IMG/VR virus record: IMGVR_UViG_3300005617_000004
Span: 32,001-96,000 of that record
Length of the DNA: 64,000 nucleotides
Direction: 5' to 3' (one strand)
Origin: a virus
The notes under the pieces are model-generated. The model saw only the letters and a program-made list of their open reading frames with translations, was not told the DNA's origin and made no database searches. Of the stretch, positions 7,631-16,761 are shown piece after piece (the first letter of the stretch is position 1; each line of letters starts with the position of its first letter). The translations under genes and the position numbers were made by a program.

Positions 7631-8050
7631 TTACTTCTTCAGCAGCCAGAAACCCAGGCCGACCGCCGCAGCGCTGAGCGCGATGGTCTTGACCGACACC
7701 GGCCCGACGATCGGCAGGTTCACCAGCGTGTCGAGCCCGTCGAACTGCATCTCATCCTCGTAGTCGGCGAGGTCGCCAGCCTTGTGGAAGAACCCCTTCT
7801 CGAGGTTGTGGGGCTGCGCGGCGTCGATGCGCTTCGGCTGACGATGGAACAGCGGGGTGCCGTTCGGGATCTTCAGCGACCGGCCGATGGCCGGCGTCAG
7901 GTTCCGCACGTCGCCGCCCGCCATCCGGGCCATCGGAGCGAGGCCCGGCGCGCGGGTGACCCGGGTGCGCATCTGCTGGACGGTGGTCAATTCGCCGGCG
8001 CCGCGGTTGGCGAACATTCCGTCGAGCTCGTAGGACATGTCACGTTGCAT
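7631..8050 (-). CDS. Tail-anchored membrane protein
   Basis: C-terminal TM + KK; FDGLD. Confidence 0.75.
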   Translation of the reverse strand: MQRDMSYELDGMFANRGAGELTTVQQMRTRVTRAPGLAPMARMAGGDVRNLTPAIGRSLKIPNGTPLFHRQPKRIDAAQPHNLEKGFFHKAGDLADYEDEMQFDGLDTLVNLPIVGPVSVKTIALSAAAVGLGFWLLKK

Positions 8051-8084
8051 GGAGAGATCCTTGGTGGAGGTGAGCCGGGTCGGC

Positions 8085-8753
8085 TTACTTGCGCTTCTTC
8101 TTGAGCACGATGTAGCCGACCGCGAGCGCTGCGACGGCCAGGGCGCCGTAGGTGATCAGGGGGTGCGCCCCCATGTTGGTCAGCATCGCCTGGGACCGCA
8201 TCTGGTCGGCGCGGGCCTGTTCGGCACGGGCCAGGGCAGCGGCGGCCTCAGCCTGGGCGGCGGACGTCTTGGCGCCGTAGATGCTGCCCGTGATGCCGCC
8301 AGCGGTGGTGCCAGCAGCCTGGATGGCCTGCAGCCACGTCGGGCTGCCGGCCGGAGCCGGGGTGGTGGCGACCGGATCGGCGCCCATGCCCGGCACGAAG
8401 CCCGGGTCCCGGGCCAGACGGCGCACGGCATGCTTCTGGCCACGCGGGGTGCTGAGGTCGCCCATGCCGGGCATGAAGCCCGGGTGCGCGGCGTCCTGGG
8501 TCACCTGGAAGGCGCGGACCTTGCCGCCCTGGTGGCGGGTACCGCGGGGGCGCTGGGTCAGCAGGCCACGCGAGCGGACGCGGGGGTCCGGACCGGCCAT
8601 GCCGCCGGAGGCCTGGGTGTAGACCTCCACGTCGCGATCGTCCTCGAACGGGTTGTCGCTCTCGGCTTCCACCGAGATGGTGTTGCCGTAGGGCTGCAGG
8701 TCGATCGGCTGCGAGCGGTACTTCTGGTGGACATGGACGCGGGGAGCGGGCAT
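8085..8753 (-). CDS. Tail-anchored membrane protein
   Basis: PGF(M/V)PGMG twice; C-terminal TM + KKKRK. Confidence 0.8.
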   Translation of the reverse strand: MPAPRVHVHQKYRSQPIDLQPYGNTISVEAESDNPFEDDRDVEVYTQASGGMAGPDPRVRSRGLLTQRPRGTRHQGGKVRAFQVTQDAAHPGFMPGMGDLSTPRGQKHAVRRLARDPGFVPGMGADPVATTPAPAGSPTWLQAIQAAGTTAGGITGSIYGAKTSAAQAEAAAALARAEQARADQMRSQAMLTNMGAHPLITYGALAVAALAVGYIVLKKKRK

Positions 8754-8756
8754 GGG

Positions 8757-11324
8757 TTATTTCCTGGTGAAGAGGTAGAGGCCGATGCCGGCCAGGGCAA
8801 GCGTGCCCAGGCTCATGCCGCCGAGGGTGAGGCCTTCGATCGGCGGCTCTTCGGCGGAGGATTCCTCCTCGCCTTCGCCACCGTCTTCGGTCATGTCGCC
8901 GTCATCGGCATCGTCGAACAGGTCGGTGTTGTCCATGTCGACGGCGTCGCGGCTGGACGACCGGCGTGCACGGCTGCGGAGCGGCTGCGGAGCTTCTTCG
9001 CTGAACGACTGGTCGCCCTCGCCTTCGTCGGCGTAGGTCGCGTCATCGTTGGTGCCCTCGGTCGCATCGTCGCCTGCGGGCTCAGCGCCACCTTCGTCCA
9101 TGAACGTGCCGCCAGCTTCTTCGCCGCTGGCGCTCGAGCTTTCACCCTCGTCGGCGAACGGGTCGATGCCGCTCTCGCTGACGTCCTGGGTGTCGGTGAA
9201 CGACTGGCCTTCACCGCCGCCGGCGGCCATCGCCTGCTCGTCGGCCATGGCGCTCTCCGACTCCATGGCGGGGCCCATGTCTTCGGGGCCGAAGTCTTCG
9301 CCGGGCATCGTGCCGGCGCTGGCGTTCGGGTCGAACTCGGACTCGCCGGGCTGCGGGATGATCGACTGGTCGGCCGGGGAGGTCGATGCCGGAGGCGTGG
9401 TGCTGGTCGGGGTCACGACCGAGGCACTGGCATGCGCAGGCGAGGAGCCGCCGCCCTTGGACCGGTTCATGTACTTCGACAGGGGCCGGTGGATGGTCTC
9501 CTTGGTCAGCAGCGACGCGCCGCCGGTGGCGACGCCCAGCATCAGGTTCCGGAACCGCTTGTTCTTGGCCACCTGCTTGACGGTGGCGCCGGCCTTCTTG
9601 ACCTGCTGCTTCACCTGGGTGTCGATCTTCTTGACCTGACTGTGGACCGACTGCACGGCCTTCTTGGGGGCGGAGGCGACGCGCCTCACGGCCTGGGACA
9701 CGTTGCTGAAGAACCCGGCCAGCCCGTCGTCCGAGCCGTCGTCACTGAAGATGACCTTGCCGCTCTGGTCGCGCACCACCGCACCGCCCGGCATCACGCC
9801 GGCGATCGGGTTCTTGGGCTGCCGCGCCGCTGGGGGCGCTGCCCGGAACTCCGACGCCTTCAGGAACGTCGGGTGCTTGCTGATGACGGTCAGGGTGTCG
9901 ACCTTCTCCTGCGCGTCGATGCGCGGGTGGTCGGCCGGCTCAGCTTCCGCCACCGCGTCGATGACGCCCAGGTAGCAGTCCATGTGGTCGAGCGCGCCGA
10001 AGGCGGTGCGCATGGCCTGCTGCCGGAACGGGCTGTTGCCGGCGCACTGCTCCGCGAGGCGCTGGGCCTTGGCGGCAACCTGATGCGCCAGGGCTTCGAC
10101 CTGCTTGGCGGCCGCGACCTTGTGGTCGATGGTCACGTCGCCCAGGCCGAACAGGAACCCGGCGTTCTGCTCCATGCGCACGACTCGGCCCGAGGCCTTC
10201 TTGGCGCGCTGCTTGGTGTACGCGGCGGCCGCGACCACCCGGTGCAGCGGGTCGGTCTTGCCGCCCACGAGGTGGTGCTGGCTGGCGCGCAGGGCGGGGC
10301 CGCTCAGGTCGGTGATGTAGTCGGACAGGCCCATCAGCTCGCCGACGGTCGGCGCCTTGTTGGCCTTGGCCGGGCGCTTGCGGTCGACGATGGTGACGAT
10401 GTTGGGGCCGCGCTGACGGCGGGGCTGGTCCATCGGGGCGCTGATGTTGCGCACCGGCTTCGCTTCGTGCAGGTAGCTGGTCAGCACCTTCTCGGCGCGG
10501 TTGGTGGTCGGGCCGCGGCTGTACAGGTCGTAGGCCGGCGCCGCCTGCATCGGGTTGATGGTGGCCGCCCGGTTGAACATGTCGTCGAGCTCGTCGCCCC
10601 ACTCGGTCAGCCGCTTGGTGTTGACGATGGTGCCGCGTGAGCCGGTGTCGACGTACCGCGACTTGAGCACGCGGCCGACCTGCGACGCCTCGATCTCATC
10701 AGCCGGGCTGAAGTACGAAGGGCCACGAGCGTATCCGTTGAGTGCCATGGTGCCTAGTCCTGCGAGGTGTGGATAGGTTCGCTTGGCTTTCACCCTATCA
10801 TCCGGGGCCGCTTTGCCTAGCGGCCACTCGCGCATGATCGGGTCCGCGGCGATGGTGGTGCCCGCATACCGGTGCTTGCCGGGCGGGATCTCGGCATGCA
10901 GGTACACGTGGGAGAAATGGTTGGGCACGAGGCCGATGACCACCGGGTAGCTGCGCAGGCCCAGGCTGCCCAGCAGGGCCATCTCGGCGATGGTCAGGTC
11001 GTCGCAGTCCCCCGCCTTCGAGTTCAGCAGCGTCTCTTCCGGGTAGGACAGGGTCTCCTGGCCGACCGGGTCCTTGACGTACCGGATCTGGTCGCGCACG
11101 TAGTTGTGGACCGCTTCGAGCATCCCGAAGTAGTCTTTATTGGCGACGCCGGCACTGTTGATGATGTTGATGGCCAGGGCGCGGATCTTGGGGGACCGGG
11201 CGCCCCACTGGCCCTTCGCCATCTCGCTCATCAGCTGCACGGTCGTGCCGACGCTGGCGTCCTGACCTTCGGGCAGGTTGCTGTACTGGACGTCGATGTT
11301 GCCGTCGGCGAGGTGCATGCGCAT
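8757..11324 (-). CDS. Transglutaminase-like (papain-fold) cysteine enzyme fused to a long multi-segment, acidic, tail-anchored region; candidate maturation protease
   Basis: IRYVKDP...GDCDD...HVY...AADP Cys-His-Asp triad; LAGLG right after the domain; C-terminal TM + RK. Confidence 0.8.
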   Translation of the reverse strand: MRMHLADGNIDVQYSNLPEGQDASVGTTVQLMSEMAKGQWGARSPKIRALAINIINSAGVANKDYFGMLEAVHNYVRDQIRYVKDPVGQETLSYPEETLLNSKAGDCDDLTIAEMALLGSLGLRSYPVVIGLVPNHFSHVYLHAEIPPGKHRYAGTTIAADPIMREWPLGKAAPDDRVKAKRTYPHLAGLGTMALNGYARGPSYFSPADEIEASQVGRVLKSRYVDTGSRGTIVNTKRLTEWGDELDDMFNRAATINPMQAAPAYDLYSRGPTTNRAEKVLTSYLHEAKPVRNISAPMDQPRRQRGPNIVTIVDRKRPAKANKAPTVGELMGLSDYITDLSGPALRASQHHLVGGKTDPLHRVVAAAAYTKQRAKKASGRVVRMEQNAGFLFGLGDVTIDHKVAAAKQVEALAHQVAAKAQRLAEQCAGNSPFRQQAMRTAFGALDHMDCYLGVIDAVAEAEPADHPRIDAQEKVDTLTVISKHPTFLKASEFRAAPPAARQPKNPIAGVMPGGAVVRDQSGKVIFSDDGSDDGLAGFFSNVSQAVRRVASAPKKAVQSVHSQVKKIDTQVKQQVKKAGATVKQVAKNKRFRNLMLGVATGGASLLTKETIHRPLSKYMNRSKGGGSSPAHASASVVTPTSTTPPASTSPADQSIIPQPGESEFDPNASAGTMPGEDFGPEDMGPAMESESAMADEQAMAAGGGEGQSFTDTQDVSESGIDPFADEGESSSASGEEAGGTFMDEGGAEPAGDDATEGTNDDATYADEGEGDQSFSEEAPQPLRSRARRSSSRDAVDMDNTDLFDDADDGDMTEDGGEGEEESSAEEPPIEGLTLGGMSLGTLALAGIGLYLFTRK

Positions 11325-11332
11325 GGATCCTA

Positions 11333-12526
11333 TCAGCGGGCGCGGCGTTTGCTACGGCGACGGCGGGGGTTGGTGCTGATCTCCTTGTAGTGCCGCGAGA
11401 CCCACCGGTATGGCGTGTTCCGGTCGTTGTCGCGGTAGGTCTTCATCTGCCGACGGACGTCCTCCTTGGTATCCTCTTCGAGGACGTCATCCCAGCCGGA
11501 GCCCGGGTAGTAGGCCTGCAGGACGTAAGCCTTCTTGTTCAGCTTGACGCCCTTCGGATTCCGCCGACGACGCGGGTTGGTCTGCGTCTTCCAGTCGTAC
11601 TGGGGGCCGCCGACGTACTCGGCGGCGATGCCGGCGATCTGGTTGATCAGCGTGCTGCTCTGCGTCTTGGGCCAGTCACGCGTCATCTGGTTGAAGACAC
11701 GCTCCAGCGCCTGCTGCGGCTTCGAGTAGCCGCCGCTGCTGGGGCCCTGGCTTTTGGCTTCCCAGGTTTTCACGCCGCCAGGGCCGCGCGCGGTGACCGC
11801 GACGAAGGCCGTAGCGTTGGCGTTGCGCCACGTGGCGATGGTGACATGCGCAGGGCCGCGGGTGAACTCGTGCTCGGTCAGGTCGCGGGGCTTGGGGTTG
11901 CGGCAGGTCTTGCGGCCGCGGCGCGGATTGCGGCTTTGGCGCGCCTCGAGCTTGCGTGCGATGGCGGACATCAGCCGGTTGTACGCATCGACATCGCCGC
12001 GCTTGCGCGCATTGGTCACGGCGTGCAACTCTTCGTTGGTGGCGACGCCCTGGCGCTCCGCAGCAAGGAGTACCTTGCGCGCGTCAGCAGACGCGGTGAT
12101 CTCGCGGGGATTCCGCCGACGGCTCTTCGCGCGCCGCGCCTTCCGCCGGCGCCGAGGGTTGCGGCTGTACGGCGCCGACAGTGTCTTGCCGAGAGGCCAG
12201 CTCTGGTTGCTGGTCCGTGCGAACTTGCGCGATCGGTTTCCCGGTTCGCCCGGAAAGACGGTGCTGTCGTACCACTCGCGGTCGGTGCGGTACGCCGGTG
12301 CAGGATATGCGCGTGAAGAGCCACCCTGCGCCTGAAAAGACTGCTTTGCCCAGTCAGGGACGTGTTCCATCGTGAACCGGTGGGGGAACGCACTCTTCGC
12401 GCGCTCGAAGGACCACTTGCGCTCGGGATTCCGCCGACGGCTCTTCGCGCGCCGCGCCTTCCGCCGGCGACGCGGGTTCGACATGCAGAGGGCGCCAACG
12501 CCGGCGAGGATGAGGGATCCGAGCAT
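11333..12526 (-). CDS. NP/Arg-linker polyprotein carrying four small domains
   Basis: N-terminal hydrophobic segment; 9 NP motifs flanking Arg-rich linkers. Confidence 0.85.
   Translation of the reverse strand: MLGSLILAGVGALCMSNPRRRRKARRAKSRRRNPERKWSFERAKSAFPHRFTMEHVPDWAKQSFQAQGGSSRAYPAPAYRTDREWYDSTVFPGEPGNRSRKFARTSNQSWPLGKTLSAPYSRNPRRRRKARRAKSRRRNPREITASADARKVLLAAERQGVATNEELHAVTNARKRGDVDAYNRLMSAIARKLEARQSRNPRRGRKTCRNPKPRDLTEHEFTRGPAHVTIATWRNANATAFVAVTARGPGGVKTWEAKSQGPSSGGYSKPQQALERVFNQMTRDWPKTQSSTLINQIAGIAAEYVGGPQYDWKTQTNPRRRRNPKGVKLNKKAYVLQAYYPGSGWDDVLEEDTKEDVRRQMKTYRDNDRNTPYRWVSRHYKEISTNPRRRRSKRRAR
12107..12469. repeat. Identical 45-bp direct repeat (12107-12151 and 12425-12469)
   Basis: GGGATTCCGCCGACGGCTCTTCGCGCGCCGCGCCTTCCGCCGGCG, encoding the RRRKARRAKSRRRNP linker. 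Confidence 0.9.
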
Positions 12527-12529
12527 GGG

Positions 12530-13279
12530 TTACTTCCTGCGACGCGGGTTGGACTTGAGCTTGGTCAGGCGCGCACGGTCGAGAGTGGTCACGCGCCCGC
12601 GGGCGTACTCGCCCACCGCCGGGACGTCGTCCCACTTCACCGGCACCCAGACGCGCGGGTCTTCGTTCACGTCGAGCCAGTCCTTGACCGGCTGCACCGT
12701 CCCGATGGCGCCGGCTGGCTTCTTCATCCGCACGCGCGTGCCGGCGGCGAACGCGGGCTTGTGATTGTCGCGGCCGAAGAAGTCGTTCGGGTTCCTGCGC
12801 GGCCGCAGCCTGCGCGCGACCCGCTTCTTGCCGCTCCGCGCTGCCGACCGGCGCGCAGTGTTGAAGGCGATGGCGGCCGCTCTCTTGGGCTTGTAGCCTT
12901 CCCGGACGAGCTTGCGGATGTTGGCGCTGATGGTGGAGCTGCTGTAGCCGCGCTTGAGGGGGTTGGTCTTTGGGGCCCGCGCGGCGCGACGGTCAGCTTC
13001 CTTGATAGCGCGTGCCAGACCGGCTTCGCCCGAGAAGTCGATGACCGCGACCCGCACTGCGTGCGTACCATTCTGCTTGTTGACTTCGTAGCCCTTACGC
13101 GACCCGTAGGTGGCGTGGGCAACCCAGAAGTCGCCGTTCTCGTAGAGGATGCGGGGGCCCGGGTTCTTGCGCCGCTTCACTCGCCGGCGTCGGTGTGGAC
13201 GACGCGCCTTCGGATTCTTGCGCGTCTTACCGCGCAGAACCAGATAGCCCGCAGTAGCGGCGACGAGGAGGGGGAGCAT
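12530..13279 (-). CDS. NP/Arg-linker polyprotein carrying three small domains
   Basis: N-terminal hydrophobic segment; 5 NP motifs. Confidence 0.85.
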   Translation of the reverse strand: MLPLLVAATAGYLVLRGKTRKNPKARRPHRRRRVKRRKNPGPRILYENGDFWVAHATYGSRKGYEVNKQNGTHAVRVAVIDFSGEAGLARAIKEADRRAARAPKTNPLKRGYSSSTISANIRKLVREGYKPKRAAAIAFNTARRSAARSGKKRVARRLRPRRNPNDFFGRDNHKPAFAAGTRVRMKKPAGAIGTVQPVKDWLDVNEDPRVWVPVKWDDVPAVGEYARGRVTTLDRARLTKLKSNPRRRK

Positions 13280-13293
13280 GTGCTCAGCCTTGA

Positions 13294-13327
13294 GCAGGGC
13301 CGATGCGAGAACGCAGCGCGGCCCTGC
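13294..13327. promoter_or_regulatory. Intergenic stem-loop inside operon
   Basis: GCAGGGCCG/CGGCCCTGC arms with inner TGCG-AGAA-CGCA. Confidence 0.55.
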
Positions 13328-13345
13328 AGAGGATCAGGTCAGCGA

Positions 13346-13990
13346 TCAGCGACGCGAGACGCGGTGACCCTTGCGGCCACGACGGCGGTTCGCCGCCCAG
13401 GCCTTGCGCAGGTTCGCCATGCGCTCGGCGCGGGTCCACATGCGGGCCAGCCGGCGGCCGGCGGCGCGACGCTTGGCCTTGGTCGAGGCCGAAGCCTTCT
13501 TCCGGCGGAACACGACCGTGTGGCGGCCGCCCTTACGGAAGGTCACGCGGATGCCGCGCTTGCTGGTGGAACGATGCGCCTTGCGGCGGGATTTGCGGCG
13601 CTTGGCCATGTGATGTCTCCGGTGAGGGTTGGACTTGGTGCCGGCGGCGTCTTTGACGTCGTCGAGGTAGTAGTCGGCAAGGGCCTTGGCGACTTCCTTG
13701 CGGTCGGCGGGCGAAAAGGAGCCGTACGACCCGTTGCCGGAGCCGCCATGCTCCTTGGTGTACTTCTGCGCGCCCCAGTTGGCGGCGTACAACCAACCCT
13801 TGACGGCGAGCGCAGGGTCGTACGTGCCCTTCTTCATCTTCTTGGCGAGATTCTTGATGATGGGCTGTATGCTCTGTCGGTACATGTCACCGTCGTTGAC
13901 GATGAATAGCTCGAGCTCGCGTGCCTCGTCGCTCGGGTTGCGACGCCGGCGCCGTGACTTCCTGCGCTTCGGGGCGGCGAAGAACCCCAT
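13346..13990 (-). CDS. NP/Arg protein: one globular domain plus protamine-like tail
   Basis: RRRNP-SDEARELELFIVNDGDMYRQ...-KSNP then R/K-rich tail. Confidence 0.85.
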   Translation of the reverse strand: MGFFAAPKRRKSRRRRRNPSDEARELELFIVNDGDMYRQSIQPIIKNLAKKMKKGTYDPALAVKGWLYAANWGAQKYTKEHGGSGNGSYGSFSPADRKEVAKALADYYLDDVKDAAGTKSNPHRRHHMAKRRKSRRKAHRSTSKRGIRVTFRKGGRHTVVFRRKKASASTKAKRRAAGRRLARMWTRAERMANLRKAWAANRRRGRKGHRVSRR

Positions 13991-13993
13991 GGC

Positions 13994-14494
13994 TTACTTC
14001 CGGGCCCGGCGCGCAGCGCGGGCGCTGATCTTGCGGACGACGCGGCGGCTCACCTTGCGACGGCCCTTGCGGACCTTGATGCGGCCGACGCGGAACCACT
14101 TGCCCTTGCGCTTGAACACGCTGCCGACGCGCTTGCCCTTCGGGGGCTTCGGCAGCTTGCGGCGACGGACGGTGTGACGGGCCTTGCGGACGCGACGACC
14201 TTTGCGGCGAGCCATGGAACGCTTCTTTCCACGGCGCTTGCCGTGCTTGCGAGGGTTGGACTTGAGCAGCCGACGCAGCGCGACGCGCTGGGCGGCGGTG
14301 AGATGGCCGGGGTTGTGGTGCCAGCGCCAGAACGCGAGCCGCGAGGCGGCGGCGCCCGCAGAAACCCGGCGGCCACGACGCGCGACGCGCTTGCCGCGAC
14401 GCTTCGGATTACGGCGGCGCACGATGCGCACCGTGGCGATCTCGTTCTCGTTCGGGCGGGCGTTGCGACGATAACGGCGGTAGTGGCGTCTCAT
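13994..14494 (-). CDS. Protamine-like DNA-condensing core protein
   Basis: Extremely R/K-rich, 3 NP motifs. Confidence 0.8.
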   Translation of the reverse strand: MRRHYRRYRRNARPNENEIATVRIVRRRNPKRRGKRVARRGRRVSAGAAASRLAFWRWHHNPGHLTAAQRVALRRLLKSNPRKHGKRRGKKRSMARRKGRRVRKARHTVRRRKLPKPPKGKRVGSVFKRKGKWFRVGRIKVRKGRRKVSRRVVRKISARAARRARK

Positions 14495-14543
14495 GGGTGT
14501 GTCACCTTAGCGAACGAGGGATTGTTTTCCAGCACATACTGCT

Positions 14544-15005
14544 TCACCGGTAACGTTCTTCGAGCGCGTTCTTGTTCTGGGCCTTCAGCAAGTAGACGGT
14601 GCCGACCGTCAACACGCCGATGGCGGTCATGGCCAGCAGGCGCTTGTTGTCGCGCAACGTTGCCGGCAGTGCCTGCATCGTGCCGGAGAACTTGTCGCGC
14701 ATCTTCGGGTTGGACGACATCACCAGCGCAGAACCGGCAACGCCCACCACCGCACCGATCAGGGCCAGCGACTTGCCGGTGGCGTCCTGCGTCGCCTGTG
14801 CGGCGGTCAGCTTCATGGTGCCGGGCTGCTCGTTGGTGAAGATGGCACGCGCGGCCGGGTTGGCGCGCAGCAGCATCAGGCCGCCCAAGATGCCGACGGT
14901 CGCGCCGCCCAGCGACAGGACTCGGCCCCAGGCTTCACGCTTGGCGTCGTCGGCGGTCAGCTTCAGGGTGACCGGCTTGGTGAACTCGGGAGCCAGCAGT
15001 CCCAC
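14544..15005 (-). CDS. Membrane protein, three hydrophobic segments
   Basis: First two TM segments each followed by NP. Confidence 0.75.
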   Translation of the reverse strand: MGLLAPEFTKPVTLKLTADDAKREAWGRVLSLGGATVGILGGLMLLRANPAARAIFTNEQPGTMKLTAAQATQDATGKSLALIGAVVGVAGSALVMSSNPKMRDKFSGTMQALPATLRDNKRLLAMTAIGVLTVGTVYLLKAQNKNALEERYR

Positions 15006-15008
15006 GGG

Positions 15009-15194
15009 TTACTTCCGCTTGGACCGGCGGCGCCACAGCCAGTAGCCGCCCCCAACCAGTGCCACCATCGTCAGGTAGCGCGTAACGCCGGGTACGCTGA
15101 TGCCGCGGTGAACCACCAGGGGCTTCAACGTGACCGGGTCGACTTCGGTCACCGTCTGGGTGATGCCGATCTGATCAAGGAAAGGCGTCGGCAC
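15009..15194 (-). CDS. Small tail-anchored membrane protein
   Basis: C-terminal TM + RRRSKRK. Confidence 0.75.
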   Translation of the reverse strand: MPTPFLDQIGITQTVTEVDPVTLKPLVVHRGISVPGVTRYLTMVALVGGGYWLWRRRSKRK

Positions 15195-15197
15195 GGG

Positions 15198-15545
15198 TTA
15201 CTTCTTGAAGATCAGGAAGCCGATGCCTGCAGCGACCGCGACGAGGCCGAGGTTCTTGCCGCTGAGCAGCGAACCGATGTCGAACGCGCCCATGCCGGGC
15301 ATGTAGCCGCCAGCCAGCGCGTCCTGGTACCCGACCTGCACTTCGGTCTGGTCCATGTCCTCGACGAGGCCCAGGCCGCTGAAGCCGGGCAGGAACTCAC
15401 CGCCGGCACGCGGCAGCTTGCGGGCCACCGGCGACCGCAGCCGACGATCGGCGCGGGGGTCCAGGTTCCGCGCCGCGGGCGCGCGCAGGTGCTTCACCTG
15501 CGGGGACGACAGACGGCGCGCAGGAGCGGCATTGATGGACTGCAT
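15198..15545 (-). CDS. Tail-anchored membrane protein
   Basis: FSGLG, MPGMG; C-terminal TM + KK. Confidence 0.75.
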   Translation of the reverse strand: MQSINAAPARRLSSPQVKHLRAPAARNLDPRADRRLRSPVARKLPRAGGEFLPGFSGLGLVEDMDQTEVQVGYQDALAGGYMPGMGAFDIGSLLSGKNLGLVAVAAGIGFLIFKK

Positions 15546-15572
15546 GGGGTTGATCCTGGACAGGGTTGCTGG

Positions 15573-15600
15573 AGGGTATGTCAGTTTGGCCGAAACTCAA
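15573..15600 (-). promoter_or_regulatory. Promoter
   Basis: TTGAGT-N16-TACCCT. Confidence 0.5.
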
Positions 15601-15609
15601 GCGTGCGCA

Positions 15610-16761
15610 TCAACGGAAGAACAGGAACGCGCCGATGGCGGCCGCGGTGCCGAGCAGGCCGGCAGCGCCGGTCGACTCGGCGGGCTTGCCCTGCGCCGTG
15701 TTGATGACGCCGGTAACCTGATCGCTGGAGGTGAACGCCGCGTCGACCATCTTGTCGCGGGCCTTGAGCTCCTGTGCGCGCTGGGCGAACTGCGGATCGC
15801 CGCGCAGCCCCTTGGCGATGTTGACCCGCACCGCCTCGTGGTACTCGGGGGTCGCGGTCATCGCCAGGGTTTTGTCGCGGAACTCATCCATGTCGCGCTT
15901 GGCGGCGGCGACCAGGGACCCGGTCTTGTTGCGGATCTCGTGCACCGCCTGCTGGCCGCTGAACGTCCGGCCGATGGCGTCGATGTCTTCGGCGAACATG
16001 TGGTACGGGTTCTGCAGCTTCTTCTCGAACATCAGGGCGACGCGCTTGCTGTTGCGGTCCCAGGCGTCGTTCCACTTCTTGGCCTTGGCTTCGCCCTTCT
16101 TGTCGCCGACCAGCCGCGCACCGGCAGCGCCGGTCTTCAGGACCGCGTCACCGACGACTTGCACCGACTTGGTCTGCGCCTTCGCGACGGTGCCGGTCAG
16201 GAACTTCTTGATACCCAGGGCGCCGAGCCCTTCGAGCAGCTGGCCGGACGCCGCCAGCTGCTCGGCAGCCGCGTACTCCTGCTCCCCCACCTGATTCTTG
16301 GCCGCTTGCACGGTGGCCTGCGTGCGGCGCCCGTAGCCTTGGATCTCGTCCTTGGCGGCCTCGATCATCTTGTGGATCTGCTTCTTGGCGATCGACCCAC
16401 CGACCAGGGTGCCGATGGCAATCAAGGCCGCCACGACCCAGCCGACGATGGGCACCACGCTGGCGGCGGTCGCTGCGGTCATGCCGGCCGCCATGGCGGC
16501 TCCGGTGGCGACCGCAACGCCCGCAGCGGTGTCGAACAGCACACCCGCCGCGACGCTGACCGCCATCTGGGCCACCGCCTGTTCGGTTGCGGCCTCGATC
16601 ATGCGCTTCTTGAGCAACGCCGCTTGGTCGTTCATGCTGGTCAGGGCCAGCTGCGGTTCCTGCGCGACCTCATCGGCACCCAAGAACTCCGGCTCGAGAT
16701 ACCGCCGGTAGCGCGGCAGCATCAGCGAACGGCCCGCGGGGTCGACGAGGTACTGCGGCAT
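15610..16761 (-). CDS. Helical membrane protein (possible DNA-entry/membrane-fusion protein)
   Basis: Long Ala-rich hydrophobic hairpin (VPIVGWVVAALIAIG), LEGLG, C-terminal TM. Confidence 0.75.
   Translation of the reverse strand: MPQYLVDPAGRSLMLPRYRRYLEPEFLGADEVAQEPQLALTSMNDQAALLKKRMIEAATEQAVAQMAVSVAAGVLFDTAAGVAVATGAAMAAGMTAATAASVVPIVGWVVAALIAIGTLVGGSIAKKQIHKMIEAAKDEIQGYGRRTQATVQAAKNQVGEQEYAAAEQLAASGQLLEGLGALGIKKFLTGTVAKAQTKSVQVVGDAVLKTGAAGARLVGDKKGEAKAKKWNDAWDRNSKRVALMFEKKLQNPYHMFAEDIDAIGRTFSGQQAVHEIRNKTGSLVAAAKRDMDEFRDKTLAMTATPEYHEAVRVNIAKGLRGDPQFAQRAQELKARDKMVDAAFTSSDQVTGVINTAQGKPAESTGAAGLLGTAAAIGAFLFFR

Noticed and set aside
8037-10640. 867-aa plus-strand ORF (also 12362-13909, 15355-16854, 21697-23148, 48779-50014)
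   Set aside because: Antisense shadows of real genes caused by GC-rich codon bias; no motifs
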